Source: Eubacteriales bacterium
GTDB taxonomy: Bacteria; Bacillota; Clostridia; Oscillospirales; CAG-272
Length of the DNA: 64,000 bases
NCBI GenBank assembly: GCA_045635225.1
Contig: JAZRBV010000060.1
Location: 91,534 to 155,533 of the forward strand
Direction of reading: 5' to 3'
Part shown: positions 1-9,312 of the stretch, one piece after another
Numbering within the stretch: position 1 is the first letter of the stretch
How the letters are laid out: every line of letters starts with the position of its first letter
The notes under the pieces: model-generated
What the model was told of the DNA's origin: nothing
The model's database searches: none
Seen by the model: only the letters and a program-made list of their open reading frames with translations
Translations under genes and position numbers: made by a program

Positions 1-501
1 TTTAACGGGAGGCTTGAGATACTGAACGTTCTCTGCCACTGCAGTTACAATATCATCTGATCTTACGTATGAAGTCGTAATAATTGAGAGCGCTGTTTCC
101 AGCTCTTCTTGAATGTGCTTATCATAATAATTGATTGTTCGCTTTGCAAAACCAAACGGGATCAAGGCAAACGCAAAAGCAAACACAGGTATGAGGAAGT
201 AGTTATTGATAGCTACCGCTACAACGCATCCGGCTATGATACCGAGTAGCGAAGCAGCACATGCAACCGTAAACTGTGATCCTTTACCCGTTGAATATAG
301 AGCGTCTCTTATTCTGTTCAGCTCTACTGTAAGTTTTCTTGATTTCTTTTTACCTCTTGCCGTGAGTACCTTATCACGAAGTGTTTGTTTCGGAGAAGCA
401 AAACGCATGATATCTTCGGTTATGCTTTCCGGTGTTAAACCAAGAAGCAGTACTATGGCAATTGCCATTAGCAAAAAGCAAACGAGGTACACAATTGTCA
501 T
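1..501 (-). CDS. TadB / type II secretion F-family pilus platform membrane protein, partial (runs off window start)
   Basis: Absent from the ORF track because it has no stop in the window. My translation from ATG 501-499 (RBS AAAGGAGAG) gives MTIVYLVCFLLMAIAIVLLLGL...TVACAASLLGIIAGCVVAVAINNYFLIPVFAFAFALIPFG. It is hydrophobic and lies directly downstream of the CpaF-like ATPase. Confidence 0.5.
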   Translation of the reverse strand, partial: MTIVYLVCFLLMAIAIVLLLGLTPESITEDIMRFASPKQTLRDKVLTARGKKKSRKLTVELNRIRDALYSTGKGSQFTVACAASLLGIIAGCVVAVAINNYFLIPVFAFAFALIPFGFAKRTINYYDKHIQEELETALSIITTSYVRSDDIVTAVAENVQYLKPPVK

Positions 502-515
502 GTGTTACTCTCCTT

Positions 516-1808
516 TCATATAAATCTCTTTAGGATTTCCAAAGGTACTCCCGAACGCATTAGCATCGTTTGGAGGTGAGGAGAGGGCGGATTCACCTTC
601 TCAAAATGTCCTTTGATTTTGAACTTTCCGTCAATATACTCGTTCTCAGTAATGTTGTATCGATATAAACATCTGTACTCCGCTTTTCCTTCGGGAGTTA
701 CGAAGCACTCGGTTATATCCATTACCTTTCTTGAATTGTCCTCGCATTTATGAGCGAATACAACTACGGGGAATGCTTGACGAGACTGCGAGAGGGAAAC
801 TTCCATACCGAGCTGGAATCTTCTCTGGCAAAGCAGTGAGATTCTTCCGTGTGCGGACTCACCAGGCCCGGAGTGCACCGTTGTTACTACTGTGTGTCCG
901 GTTAGCGATGCTTCGACTGCGGAGTTTGCTTCCGCATCTCGAATCTCACCTACGACAACAATATCCGGATCGAATCGAAGAGCCGCTACAACGAGATGTT
1001 CCTGGCTGATATTGAATGCCGAATTCTCACTAGGCCTGGAGAGCGTATGAACAACGTTGTTCTGTATCTCTCCAAATCTGTTTCTCTTTACTAGAGACAG
1101 TTCTCGTGCACCCGACTCTATCGTATAAATACGCTTCTCATCGGGAATGCTCGTCAAGAGTGCGTTTAGGAGTGTGGTTTTACCCGAAGAGGTTCTACCT
1201 GCTACAACGAGCGATACTCCGTATCGGATACACATCTCGAGGAATTCAACGATTTCCTCTGTTGCCATACCGCTATCTATAATGCACTGTCTATCTACCC
1301 TCTGCGGATGAAGCAAACGGATAGATACCGCAACCGCTGCATCGATGTCCACAATGGGATCTTTCAGCGCAGTGATACGGGTGTTGTTGGGAAGATGTCC
1401 TTGTGCCATCGGAGTGGCATTGTCGATTATCATGTTTGAGTGATGCAGAAGTCTCTTTACGATATCTACCGCATGCTGTGGACTGTGGAAGTGCTCTTCC
1501 ACCTTCTCCATTCGACCATCGGAATATGTGAGAACCACGTCATCCCAAGAGTTGATGTTAATCTCGTCAAGGTCTTTAGATTCGAGATAAGGTGTAAGTA
1601 TCGAATACTCAACCATCTCTGAATATATTCGATTAATGAGTCTATCCTCATTGTAGTTATCTACTATATATCCGTTGTCAAGGATGAACTTCTCGATATA
1701 CGACTTCAGCTCATCATGCTTCGACTCATCAGTCAAGGCTAACGCATAGTACTTTGAGATGTACTTCTGTGTTTCGGTTAGTACCGTCCATAAATCAGTC
1801 CTGACCAT
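516..1808 (-). CDS. cpaF: CpaF/TadA-type pilus assembly (type II/IV secretion) ATPase
   Basis: Walker A GRTSSGKTTLLNAL, Asp box DIVVVGEIRD, His box TGHTVVTTVHSG. ATG at 1808 (RBS GGAAAGGTGG 6 nt upstream) is preferred over the TTG at 1829. Confidence 0.85.
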   Translation of the reverse strand: MVRTDLWTVLTETQKYISKYYALALTDESKHDELKSYIEKFILDNGYIVDNYNEDRLINRIYSEMVEYSILTPYLESKDLDEININSWDDVVLTYSDGRMEKVEEHFHSPQHAVDIVKRLLHHSNMIIDNATPMAQGHLPNNTRITALKDPIVDIDAAVAVSIRLLHPQRVDRQCIIDSGMATEEIVEFLEMCIRYGVSLVVAGRTSSGKTTLLNALLTSIPDEKRIYTIESGARELSLVKRNRFGEIQNNVVHTLSRPSENSAFNISQEHLVVAALRFDPDIVVVGEIRDAEANSAVEASLTGHTVVTTVHSGPGESAHGRISLLCQRRFQLGMEVSLSQSRQAFPVVVFAHKCEDNSRKVMDITECFVTPEGKAEYRCLYRYNITENEYIDGKFKIKGHFEKVNPPSPHLQTMLMRSGVPLEILKRFI

Positions 1809-2550
1809 ACATGACCACCTTTCCGGCAATCTCTTTCATTCTTCCGTCAAATCTCTTGTCCTTTGTCGGCTCAATAAGAGTTCCCTTCTGCATCTGCAGT
1901 TTTACCTCACCACAGAAAGGGACTGAAAAGCTCACGTCTTTGAGGTGTGCTTTTGTCTCTTCGATAGGCATAAATACATCCGCATTTGGAGTATTGATTC
2001 CCTGAATATGTTCGTTGAGTCGGTATTTGACATCAGCATATACGGGAAACTGCGACAAAAAGAAGCTGATACTTTTAAGATCGGGAGAAGCAAGTCTGAT
2101 GATCTGCTCCGCGAGTTCAACTCCTACCGCAGACAATACGTTGTTTTCAAGATTGCTCGTGCAATCCACAATCACATAGTCAGCGAGTTCACAGAGAACT
2201 TCGAGCAGTGCTTCGGCTTTTGCTCTACCGAATTTAGGATAGGTGAATTTATTATCCCCTGCGTGATAACCGATGAAGCCAAAGTTCTGTCTTGACTTGG
2301 TCATTACAAGGTTTTTGATGACATCATCCTTATCGATTTCTGCCTTTGAAAGCGGAAATCCGACAGTTCCAACGTCTTCGGGATTCTCGTTAGGGAAAAT
2401 CACAGGAAGAACGGGAGCTTCAAGGTCTGTATACAGAACAATTACCGTTGCCTGATAGTTGTCATAGATGGCAGTTGCGAGTTTGGTGGCAAAGGTCGTT
2501 TTACCTGAGTTGGGTGATCCCCATACCGCAATAATCTTGCCGTTTTCCAT
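1795..2550 (-). CDS. TadZ/CpaE-like ParA/MinD-family ATPase of the tad locus
   Basis: Deviant Walker A WGSPNSGKTTFATKLA. It sits between the CpaB-like and CpaF-like genes. ATG 2550 lies 9 nt after AAGGAGG. Confidence 0.7.
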   Translation of the reverse strand: MENGKIIAVWGSPNSGKTTFATKLATAIYDNYQATVIVLYTDLEAPVLPVIFPNENPEDVGTVGFPLSKAEIDKDDVIKNLVMTKSRQNFGFIGYHAGDNKFTYPKFGRAKAEALLEVLCELADYVIVDCTSNLENNVLSAVGVELAEQIIRLASPDLKSISFFLSQFPVYADVKYRLNEHIQGINTPNADVFMPIEETKAHLKDVSFSVPFCGEVKLQMQKGTLIEPTKDKRFDGRMKEIAGKVVMYGQD

Positions 2551-2555
2551 TCTCA

Positions 2556-3290
2556 TCAACCTCCTTTTCCGAAGTAGGCTGCCTGTTCGTCAAGGTATTT
2601 CTGCGCTGTCGCAGAATCTCCTCTGTATTCGAGTGCAAAGTGTATCGTTGCAGTCTGCTCAAGGAGCGCCAGCATCTCTGCCTGTTCCTTGTTAACGATA
2701 AAGGTTACTGTTACAGGCTGAGTGTTATCCGTTACATCAGCCTTATCGATGCCCTTTGAGGTCGTAGAAGTTACAACCTTAAGATAGTTGAGTTCGGGAG
2801 GGGTGTATGTCTCGCCCTTCTTTGCATTGTAGACGATTACCGATACGATATCTCCTGTTTCCAGCTTACCCGAAAGACCTTGTGCGAAGCTTTCAATCGT
2901 AACGGAGATTACCTTCTTATCACCGTCAAGTGCTCCAAGAATGTCCGATGCAGTGTTCTCATCGGTTGTAATCTTCTGTGGGAAAAGATAATCGCCTTCG
3001 TAAAGGTCAGTAGTACAGTATGTACCTACAACGTCCTCTGCTTTGGTGATTACACCAGCAGGTAAATTGTGACTTCCAACTTCAACTACTTCGATATCAT
3101 GTGATGTAATCAAGCTTCCCTGCGGAAGAATGTTAATCATACGAACTACCGTTGTTTTTCCATCGGAAATCTTATTAACGAGAGGTGCAATACCGAAGCA
3201 AATTGCGAGTGCAACTACAAGGCAAATAATACCGATTATTGTTCGGTTGCTGAGTGCCTTACCTCCAATAGATTTCTGTTTCTTTGCCAT
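2556..3290 (-). CDS. cpaB: CpaB/RcpC-like Flp pilus assembly protein (SAF domain)
   Basis: N-terminal TM helix (IIGIICLVVALAICFGIAPL) followed by a SAF-like segment LPQGSLITSHDIEVVEV...VVGTYCTTDLYEGDYL. Tad operon context. Confidence 0.7.
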   Translation of the reverse strand: MAKKQKSIGGKALSNRTIIGIICLVVALAICFGIAPLVNKISDGKTTVVRMINILPQGSLITSHDIEVVEVGSHNLPAGVITKAEDVVGTYCTTDLYEGDYLFPQKITTDENTASDILGALDGDKKVISVTIESFAQGLSGKLETGDIVSVIVYNAKKGETYTPPELNYLKVVTSTTSKGIDKADVTDNTQPVTVTFIVNKEQAEMLALLEQTATIHFALEYRGDSATAQKYLDEQAAYFGKGG

Positions 3291-3306
3291 TTTTTATCCT
3301 TTCTAC

Positions 3307-3984
3307 TTAAAACATAAATAACACCATTGCCGCTATCGAGAGGAACGGAACGAGGGCGAATGCATTTTCTTCCTTAGTCTCGGTTTTCTTTACACGGTTG
3401 TAGATTGCCATATAAATTACTGCGATTAAGAGACCTGCTACGAAGCCAATAATACCTCTCTCCCATCCAAGAAGGAATGCGAGAGCCGTAGAGAGTTTAA
3501 GGTCTGCACCACCGAGAGGCTTACACTTAGGAATAAGTGCCATTACAATCTGGGGAACAAACACAGCAAATGCTCCAAAGAGCATCGAGCTAAGTCCTAC
3601 CGTTGCCATACTTGCAACACCGAGAGCGAATACCAAAAGCGGAACGTAGTCATCAACCGTATGAGAGGTTAGATCCGACCATGTCGCATACATCAACACG
3701 AACATAAGGAATACACCTTGAACAAGTTCTAGCGATGCTCCATATCTAAGGAATAGTGCAATAGGAATCACTGCCGAGAGGATTAGATTCACCGTGAGGT
3801 TTGTCTTGAATCCCTTGTTTACCATCATTCTGTTGAGCACCCATCCAACAAGGAGCGTTGCTCCTACAATTGCGAGAAGTGCGAGAATGCCGATAATAAA
3901 CTCGGTTGCGAAGTTCTCTGTTTTTACGATAGTGGTTGGTGAAAGTGGTCTTGTAGGCTCAAGACTTGAAAGTAAACTATTCAT
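3307..3984 (-). CDS. A24-family prepilin peptidase (CpaA/TadV-like)
   Basis: Polytopic membrane protein with the two Asp motifs WSDLTSHTVDDY and PLGGADLKLSTALAFLLGW. It lies next to the pilin genes. Confidence 0.7.
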   Translation of the reverse strand: MNSLLSSLEPTRPLSPTTIVKTENFATEFIIGILALLAIVGATLLVGWVLNRMMVNKGFKTNLTVNLILSAVIPIALFLRYGASLELVQGVFLMFVLMYATWSDLTSHTVDDYVPLLVFALGVASMATVGLSSMLFGAFAVFVPQIVMALIPKCKPLGGADLKLSTALAFLLGWERGIIGFVAGLLIAVIYMAIYNRVKKTETKEENAFALVPFLSIAAMVLFMF

Positions 3985-4050
3985 TTTTTACTCCTTTCTG
4001 ATAAAAAAGGAGGCGATTGCTCGCCCCCTAATATTCTACGGTTTTATGTA

Positions 4051-4281
4051 TTAGCCACCGTAGTTGAACATATCAGAGATCTTACCCTCAAGGGAAGGAA
4101 GGATCGTGGTGTTGAAGAGTGCATAGAGACCTGCAAGAATAACACCACCGATAACTACACCGATGATGATCTTAACGCCGGTATCCACATAACCCTCTGC
4201 CTTCTTAGATGCAAGTGTGGTCTGCACACTTGCTACTGCTCTCTCTGCTCTGTTCTTAATGTTCTTGAATAACTTTCTCAT
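4051..4281 (-). CDS. Small Flp-like pilin (76 aa)
   Basis: Basic leader, then KKAEG/YVDTGVKIIIGVVIGGVILAGLYALF hydrophobic helix. Near-identical paralog of 5507..5740. Confidence 0.55.
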   Translation of the reverse strand: MRKLFKNIKNRAERAVASVQTTLASKKAEGYVDTGVKIIIGVVIGGVILAGLYALFNTTILPSLEGKISDMFNYGG

Positions 4282-4301
4282 TTTTTAAATTCCTTTCTTT
4301 A

Positions 4302-4862
4302 TTACAATTTTGCGTACGGCATTCCATCTGAAGTCCAGTTAATACCGTCTCTACTTTTTATACATTGAAGCAATGATTGTGTTTCGTATGAACCCTTAAA
4401 CATACCGGTTGCTTCATCCCAGTATAAGTTCGTTTTAATTACCGCTGTAGACCATGCCCTTCTCTGTTCCCAAGTCTTGCCACCATCTGTTGAAGAAATA
4501 AGATACACGCCTTCGCTATCTTTTACAGTGGCACAGAATGTCTGACTTTGCGAAACAAATTTCATGATTTCAGCATCTTCGTCATATGACGGAATATTTG
4601 GCTCTACCCAGTCTCTTCCGTTATATGTAATTTGAAGATCTTTTAGGTATTTAGAGTCATTGTTCACTCTCACCGCTGAAACTTCAGCACCATAATCCAT
4701 CATGCCTTCGATTTCATCGTTGAGCTTACCCATTACTCCGTCTTCACCTGCAAAAAGAAGATAAAGACCACCGAGTATCAGTGCTCCTATTACTACAGCG
4801 ATAATAATTTTTACTCCGGTGTTAATATAACCTTCACCGCGATTGTTGAATAAATCCTTCAT
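4302..4862 (-). CDS. Pilin-like N-terminus fused to a globular domain with Asp-box (BNR-like) motifs
   Basis: MKDLFNNRGEGYINTGVKIIIAVVIGALILGGLYLLF leader and helix. C-terminal part has SSTDGGKTWEQ (SxDxGxTW) and SRDGINWTS. Confidence 0.5.
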   Translation of the reverse strand: MKDLFNNRGEGYINTGVKIIIAVVIGALILGGLYLLFAGEDGVMGKLNDEIEGMMDYGAEVSAVRVNNDSKYLKDLQITYNGRDWVEPNIPSYDEDAEIMKFVSQSQTFCATVKDSEGVYLISSTDGGKTWEQRRAWSTAVIKTNLYWDEATGMFKGSYETQSLLQCIKSRDGINWTSDGMPYAKL

Positions 4863-4872
4863 TCAAACCTCC

Positions 4873-5448
4873 TTATGAGAAGTAATGAATTCCAAGGTTG
4901 TCTGTTGTCCACTTAATACCATCTGAACTCTCCCAGCTATTGCCCCAGTCATTTCTTCTGAAGACAGCGTAAAAGTGACCGCCATCCGCATCGTCAACCC
5001 ACTTAAGAATCGTGCTTTTGTCGTATCTAACGTTTGTATAAGCTTTATGCTTCGTCCACGTTTCACCATCCGGAGTTGAGATTAGGTAAGCAGTATCACC
5101 CTCTTGGAGAATCATCGCTGCCATACTCTTGTGAGAAACAAAGTATTTAACTTCTGCATCCTCGCTGTAGCCAACTACGTTAGCTTTGTGCCATGTCTTG
5201 CCATCATAGGTAAAAGAGATGTCATTGAGTGTCGTATACTCATTTATCTGAACCTGATATCCCTGAACTTCGGGATCGTAGTCCATCATCTCATTAACTT
5301 CGTCATCAAGCTTACCCATGATACCGCCATCACCTGCAAAAAGCAGATAGATGCCTCCAAGAATTAGTGCACCGATTATGACTGCAATAATAATCTTTAC
5401 TGCGGTATTAATGTGACCTTCACCTCGGTTGTTAAAAATGTTCTGCAT
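4873..5448 (-). CDS. Pilin-like N-terminus fused to a globular domain with Asp-box-like motifs (paralog of 4302..4862)
   Basis: MQNIFNNRGEGHINTAVKIIIAVIIGALILGGIYLLF, then STPDGETWTK and SSDGIKWTT. Confidence 0.5.
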   Translation of the reverse strand: MQNIFNNRGEGHINTAVKIIIAVIIGALILGGIYLLFAGDGGIMGKLDDEVNEMMDYDPEVQGYQVQINEYTTLNDISFTYDGKTWHKANVVGYSEDAEVKYFVSHKSMAAMILQEGDTAYLISTPDGETWTKHKAYTNVRYDKSTILKWVDDADGGHFYAVFRRNDWGNSWESSDGIKWTTDNLGIHYFS

Positions 5449-5506
5449 ATTACCGTCCTTTCTTTATTAGTAACACGGAGGCATATGCCCCCGTGTTAGC
5501 TTTTAA

Positions 5507-5740
5507 TTAGGTTCCGGAATAATTGAACATATTACCGATCTTCTCGGTAAGGGTGGGGATGATGGTGGTGTTGAAGAGTGCGTAAAGACCTGCAAGGATT
5601 ACACCACCGATAACTACACCGATGATGATCTTTACGCCAGTGTCAACGTAACCCTCTGCCCTCTTGGATGCGATGGTAGCCTGTACATTGACTACCGCCT
5701 GATTAACCTTGTTCTTAATGTTCTTGAAAAACTTTCTCAT
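5507..5740 (-). CDS. Small Flp-like pilin (77 aa)
   Basis: MRKFFKNIKNK...KRAEGYVDTGVKIIIGVVIGGVILAGLYALFNTT. Same core as 4051..4281. Confidence 0.55.
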   Translation of the reverse strand: MRKFFKNIKNKVNQAVVNVQATIASKRAEGYVDTGVKIIIGVVIGGVILAGLYALFNTTIIPTLTEKIGNMFNYSGT

Positions 5741-5780
5741 TTTAATTACCTCGTTCTTTCTTTGTTTTTAATAGTTATGT

Positions 5781-6200
5781 TTACATTTTCTGCACGTGTG
5801 CAGTGGTTTCTTCGGGAGCTACGCTCTGCTCCGCTTCTGCTTTCTGACTCTGTTCGAGTGCCAAATTGTACTCGTCTACTACAGCCTGACCGAGTCTAGT
5901 CTTAGCGGCTGCGGTTGTTGCATGGAACAGATCTTCGTACTTGGTATTACCATCGGCATCCTTGTACGAAGTCTGAGGCATCGATACCCAAAGCCCCTTT
6001 TCGTTCTCAAGCACCTTAATACCATGGATAGCGTACTCACCGATATTGGCACTTGCAATTGCTCTAAGAGCACGAGACTCGTCTGTAAAGAGCTTATCAA
6101 TTCGCGCCTTGATAGCTACTTCAGTCATTCGAGACTCCTCTTCCTGAACGATCTTTTCTTTAGGAGATGCCATTGATGCACCACCTTTCTTCCCAGCCAT
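5781..6200 (-). CDS. spoVG: SpoVG-family protein with N-terminal extension
   Basis: LRAIASANIGEYAIHGIKVLENEKGLWVSMPQTSYKDADGNTKYEDLFHATTAAAKTRLGQAVVDEY matches the SpoVG core pattern. RBS AAAGGGGGTGA precedes ATG 6200. Confidence 0.6.
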   Translation of the reverse strand: MAGKKGGASMASPKEKIVQEEESRMTEVAIKARIDKLFTDESRALRAIASANIGEYAIHGIKVLENEKGLWVSMPQTSYKDADGNTKYEDLFHATTAAAKTRLGQAVVDEYNLALEQSQKAEAEQSVAPEETTAHVQKM

Positions 6201-6229
6201 AAATTCACCCCCTTTCAGCTGAATTTTTA

Positions 6230-6277
6230 TATAAAAAAGTCAAGCTCATAGGTTGATCAGTCCTATTTGCTTGACTT
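6230..6277 (-). terminator. Rho-independent terminator after 6285..7013
   Basis: 9-bp stem (+ strand AAGTCAAGC 6237-6245 / GCTTGACTT 6269-6277) followed on the minus strand by a T run. Confidence 0.6.
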
Positions 6278-6284
6278 TGATATA

Positions 6285-7013
6285 TCAAAACCCAAAGATG
6301 TTAAATCCGCAGTCGTTCTGCACTTCTTCCGGACTAATGTCTTCGGGATTCTCAAACATTTTAGAGTATTTCTCTATTTGCTCGTCTGTGAGGTCACAGA
6401 AACCTCCGCGACCATCATCATTTACAATAAATAAAGGTCCGGCATAAATTGACTCACCGAACCTTCTATTACCTTCCATACCTATGAGCTTAGCTTCCTC
6501 ATTGCCTACGACTACAGCGTTATCTTCAAACGGATATGTAACTTCCATCATTGAATCTTCGCCTTGTCTACTTACGGCTTTTTGCCAACTTTCAAGTTCG
6601 TCTACAACTCTTGTTTCAATAGGTTTTTCATGGGGAAGAATCATCAATGTACGAAGACCATCCATCTTTTCACACTTATCCGTGTCAAATTTAATGTTCT
6701 TAAAGCCTACTGAATCACAGAAGTAACAACCTTTCATCGTAGTTGCTCCCCTCGACGAAACAATATCCTCTTCAAGCTCAACGATATCTGACATGGACAG
6801 CGAGTGTCCTTGATAAGTTCCAAGATAATCTTGATCATAAATGTTTAATGCTTCGTAGACATCTTCCAGATCCTCTCCCTTTATAAATCCCTTAAATACG
6901 CATTTATATATTGAGGGATCAATCTCTCCATATGATGTTGCATGTCTAAAGTCTCGAAATTTAGTACGGTTGATATCTTTCTCGCTGTCTACTTGATAGA
7001 TATTAACTCTCAT
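6285..7013 (-). CDS. YodL-like N-terminal domain plus DUF3846-like C-terminal domain protein (conjugative-element type)
   Basis: MRVNIYQVD...DLEDVYEALNIYDQDYLGTYQGHSLSMSDIVELE resembles YodL-like domains. MILPHEKPIETRVVD...AVVVGNEEAKLIGMEGNR...PLFIVNDDG resembles DUF3846. Recalled from memory. Confidence 0.45.
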   Translation of the reverse strand: MRVNIYQVDSEKDINRTKFRDFRHATSYGEIDPSIYKCVFKGFIKGEDLEDVYEALNIYDQDYLGTYQGHSLSMSDIVELEEDIVSSRGATTMKGCYFCDSVGFKNIKFDTDKCEKMDGLRTLMILPHEKPIETRVVDELESWQKAVSRQGEDSMMEVTYPFEDNAVVVGNEEAKLIGMEGNRRFGESIYAGPLFIVNDDGRGGFCDLTDEQIEKYSKMFENPEDISPEEVQNDCGFNIFGF

Positions 7014-7732
7014 TATAAGCTTTGCACCTCGCTTTCTCCTTCGCCAATGTCACCTCTTATCTCTTCAAGCTTCTCGAATGCCCACTCTGGAAGTTTGCTT
7101 TCATCCGCTATGCCTACGAAAGCACCTCGGTGGAAATGAGTCTCTTCTCCGTCATAGAGAAATTCTCCAAACACCTTAGTTCCTGTTGCGGTGGGATCGC
7201 ATCCGAATCCACTTGTTGCATAGAAATACTGATACTTACCTTGCTTGAATTCGTCTTTTAATGCACTCGCTCCGAGAATAAGAAGTCTTCCCGAATAATC
7301 TTGAGGCTCATCGTAAGGAATACAGTCCGATCTATCGAGCAATCCCAAATCCTGTCTCAAATATCTCCTGTACTGAGAGGTGAGACCATTAACTATTTCG
7401 GGATGGCAGTTGATGCAAAAGTCTCGATTTTCAGCTTCTTCGGGAATAAACACAGAGTTTGCCCATTCCTTATTATCCGGTCTATATCTACCGTCTTCAA
7501 TGTTCTCTACTATAGTTGTGGCGAGAACTCTTTTAACACGGTCTATACCATAGGTGTCGCAAAGCTCCTTTGCAATATCTCTACCAAGACTCATACCGTC
7601 ATAGTTTTCACGGATTGCTTTTTCGATTCCTTCCTTGCATTCTACGTTTGCCTTATGCGATTCCAGCCACTTCTCCTCTTCTTCGAGTTCGCGTGCCTCA
7701 GTTAGCGAATAGTTATACACAGGCACTTTCAT
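7013..7732 (-). CDS. Conjugative-element protein, DUF3849-like N-terminus
   Basis: PVYNYSLTEARELEEEEKWLESHKANVECKEGIEKAIRENYDG pattern. Good coding continuity. Confidence 0.4.
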   Translation of the reverse strand: MKVPVYNYSLTEARELEEEEKWLESHKANVECKEGIEKAIRENYDGMSLGRDIAKELCDTYGIDRVKRVLATTIVENIEDGRYRPDNKEWANSVFIPEEAENRDFCINCHPEIVNGLTSQYRRYLRQDLGLLDRSDCIPYDEPQDYSGRLLILGASALKDEFKQGKYQYFYATSGFGCDPTATGTKVFGEFLYDGEETHFHRGAFVGIADESKLPEWAFEKLEEIRGDIGEGESEVQSL

Positions 7733-8016
7733 CTTTCAATCTCCGGCTCAGTGAGCTTCTTAGCAAGATATCTAAGCACCTCTCGCTGCTCTGCAAGATT
7801 GAGGCTATTGATAACATCGAGGAGCGAGGTCTCTTTTACGACCTGCTTTCCTTCACAACAATTCGTGCAGAGTTTTTCTCTCTTAATGATAATGGTATCA
7901 TTGTCCTTCGCTTCAAAAGAGATAATATCGTTCTGCGCAATACGCATCTTCATGCGAAGCTCAAAAGGAATGGTTGTTCTTCCTTCCCTTCCAAGTATTC
8001 TTAAAATCTTTGACAT
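7729..8016 (-). CDS. AbrB/SpoVT-domain DNA-binding protein
   Basis: ILRILGREGRTTIPFELRMKMRIAQNDIISFEAKDNDTIIIKRE is a swapped-hairpin AbrB-type motif. The start at internal ATG (MSKILR) removes the overlap with the upstream gene. Confidence 0.6.
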   Translation of the reverse strand: MSKILRILGREGRTTIPFELRMKMRIAQNDIISFEAKDNDTIIIKREKLCTNCCEGKQVVKETSLLDVINSLNLAEQREVLRYLAKKLTEPEIER

Positions 8017-8017
8017 C

Positions 8018-8308
8018 TCACTCCTCCTCTTCGTCAACAATAATGCAGTTACCACAGTGAGGGCAGAAATACTCACAGTCTTCACAATTTCTTTTCGTGC
8101 AGTCTATGTAGTTCTCATCCTCTTCATCCTCGTAATCGTAATCATCATCTTCGTCCTCGTAATCATCATAATCAGAGGAAGTCAGAATCTTGCAGACATG
8201 AAGAGTACCGTCTTCGTAATATGCATCAAAAATAGCATGTTCATCAATGCCGAGTTCCTTGATAACCTCGTCAGAGAGCTTGAATTTCAGTTCGTAGTTT
8301 TTTTCCAT
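8018..8308 (-). CDS. Small, highly acidic protein with C-terminal Cys cluster (possible DNA mimic / anti-restriction)
   Basis: SSDYDDYEDEDDDYDYEDEEDENYIDCTKRNCEDCEYFCPHCGNC. It lies next to the orphan methyltransferases. Confidence 0.45.
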   Translation of the reverse strand: MEKNYELKFKLSDEVIKELGIDEHAIFDAYYEDGTLHVCKILTSSDYDDYEDEDDDYDYEDEEDENYIDCTKRNCEDCEYFCPHCGNCIIVDEEEE

Positions 8309-9162
8309 ATGATTTTCCTTTCTTTTAATAGTTTTTCTGTTTCTTCTTGATCTTCGAATAAGGTTAGCTGCCTAGTTGACATCAATCCTTCCTCGTAAGT
8401 ATTGTAGTTAGATATAAATAATTCTGGGTACTGCGATCCAGCTTCGAATCGTTGGGCAATGTTATTTATTCGTGTAGTACTTTCTATCATGATTCCTGTC
8501 TGGCAATACAGTTGCCTAATCTCTGGGCAATCATTATATGAAAGCAAGAACTTTCCTTTTATATTCATCAAAGCGTTACACAGTCTTTTATGGTCTGCAG
8601 TTGTAAATCCTACATCCTCGTAGTAATCTTCCGTAGCGTAATACGGTGGATCTAAATAAAAGAGTGTATTTGGTCTGTCGTACTGCGCGATCAGCTTCTC
8701 AAAGTCTTTGTTCTCAATTACAACCGTCTGCAGTCGTTTTGATGCTTGGAATATTAGGGGGAAGTTTCTCCACATATCATGAGGCTGTGCTCCAAATGAG
8801 TCAAGTCCTGATGCGTAACTTTGCCTTATTATCTGATAGAAGTATGCTGCACGTTTTACATCTGGAATCTCGGTTCTCGTCTTAAGCACTTTTCTTATGT
8901 GCTCAAAATCTGTTCTCGAATTTAGTGAGTATCTCAATTCCTCGCACAGCTCATCGGGACAGTCTCTTACACAACGATAAAGGTTAGCGAGGTTTGGATT
9001 AAAATCGTTATATACCTCGAATTTAGTTTGAGGTTTATGGAATAATACCCAACCGCCACCGCCAAATACCTCTACGTACCGGTCGCAGTTTACGTTGAGT
9101 CGGAGGCAAATCGCATCTCGAAGCGCTTTCTTACCACCAACCCATGACATAAAACTGTTCAT
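8287..9162 (-). CDS. dam: Orphan Dam-family N6-adenine DNA methyltransferase
   Basis: N-terminal SWVGGKKALRDAI, EVFGGGGWV (AdoMet site) and catalytic LDPPYYATE (DPPY). No adjacent endonuclease. Confidence 0.85.
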   Translation of the reverse strand: MNSFMSWVGGKKALRDAICLRLNVNCDRYVEVFGGGGWVLFHKPQTKFEVYNDFNPNLANLYRCVRDCPDELCEELRYSLNSRTDFEHIRKVLKTRTEIPDVKRAAYFYQIIRQSYASGLDSFGAQPHDMWRNFPLIFQASKRLQTVVIENKDFEKLIAQYDRPNTLFYLDPPYYATEDYYEDVGFTTADHKRLCNALMNIKGKFLLSYNDCPEIRQLYCQTGIMIESTTRINNIAQRFEAGSQYPELFISNYNTYEEGLMSTRQLTLFEDQEETEKLLKERKIIWKKTTN

Positions 9163-9182
9163 AGCATCCTTTTAGGATGTCT

Positions 9183-9220
9183 TGCGAAAAAGCCGTTTTG
9201 CGAAGCCTTTTCGCAAAACG
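9183..9220 (-). terminator. Hairpin terminator after 9313..10428
   Basis: Perfect 11-bp stem (+ strand CGTTTTGCGAA 9194-9204 / TTCGCAAAACG 9210-9220), then CTTTTTC on the minus strand. Confidence 0.5.
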
Positions 9221-9312
9221 ACCCAATTATCATTTCTCCTTTCTGTTAATTTGGAATAGGCACATCATAAATACTCCCAATGTACCGCCTACCATAAGTC
9301 CAATTATAAAGC

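Noticed and set aside
206-523. + strand 105-aa ORF.
   Set aside because: It is antisense to a better minus-strand TadB-like reading frame with an RBS, and it is hydrophobic only as a mirror of that gene.
7751-8350. + strand 199-aa ORF (and many other + strand ORFs across the window).
   Set aside because: They are antisense to motif-bearing minus-strand genes, low-complexity and lack an RBS. The same reasoning applies to the remaining + strand track ORFs up to 63.7 kb.
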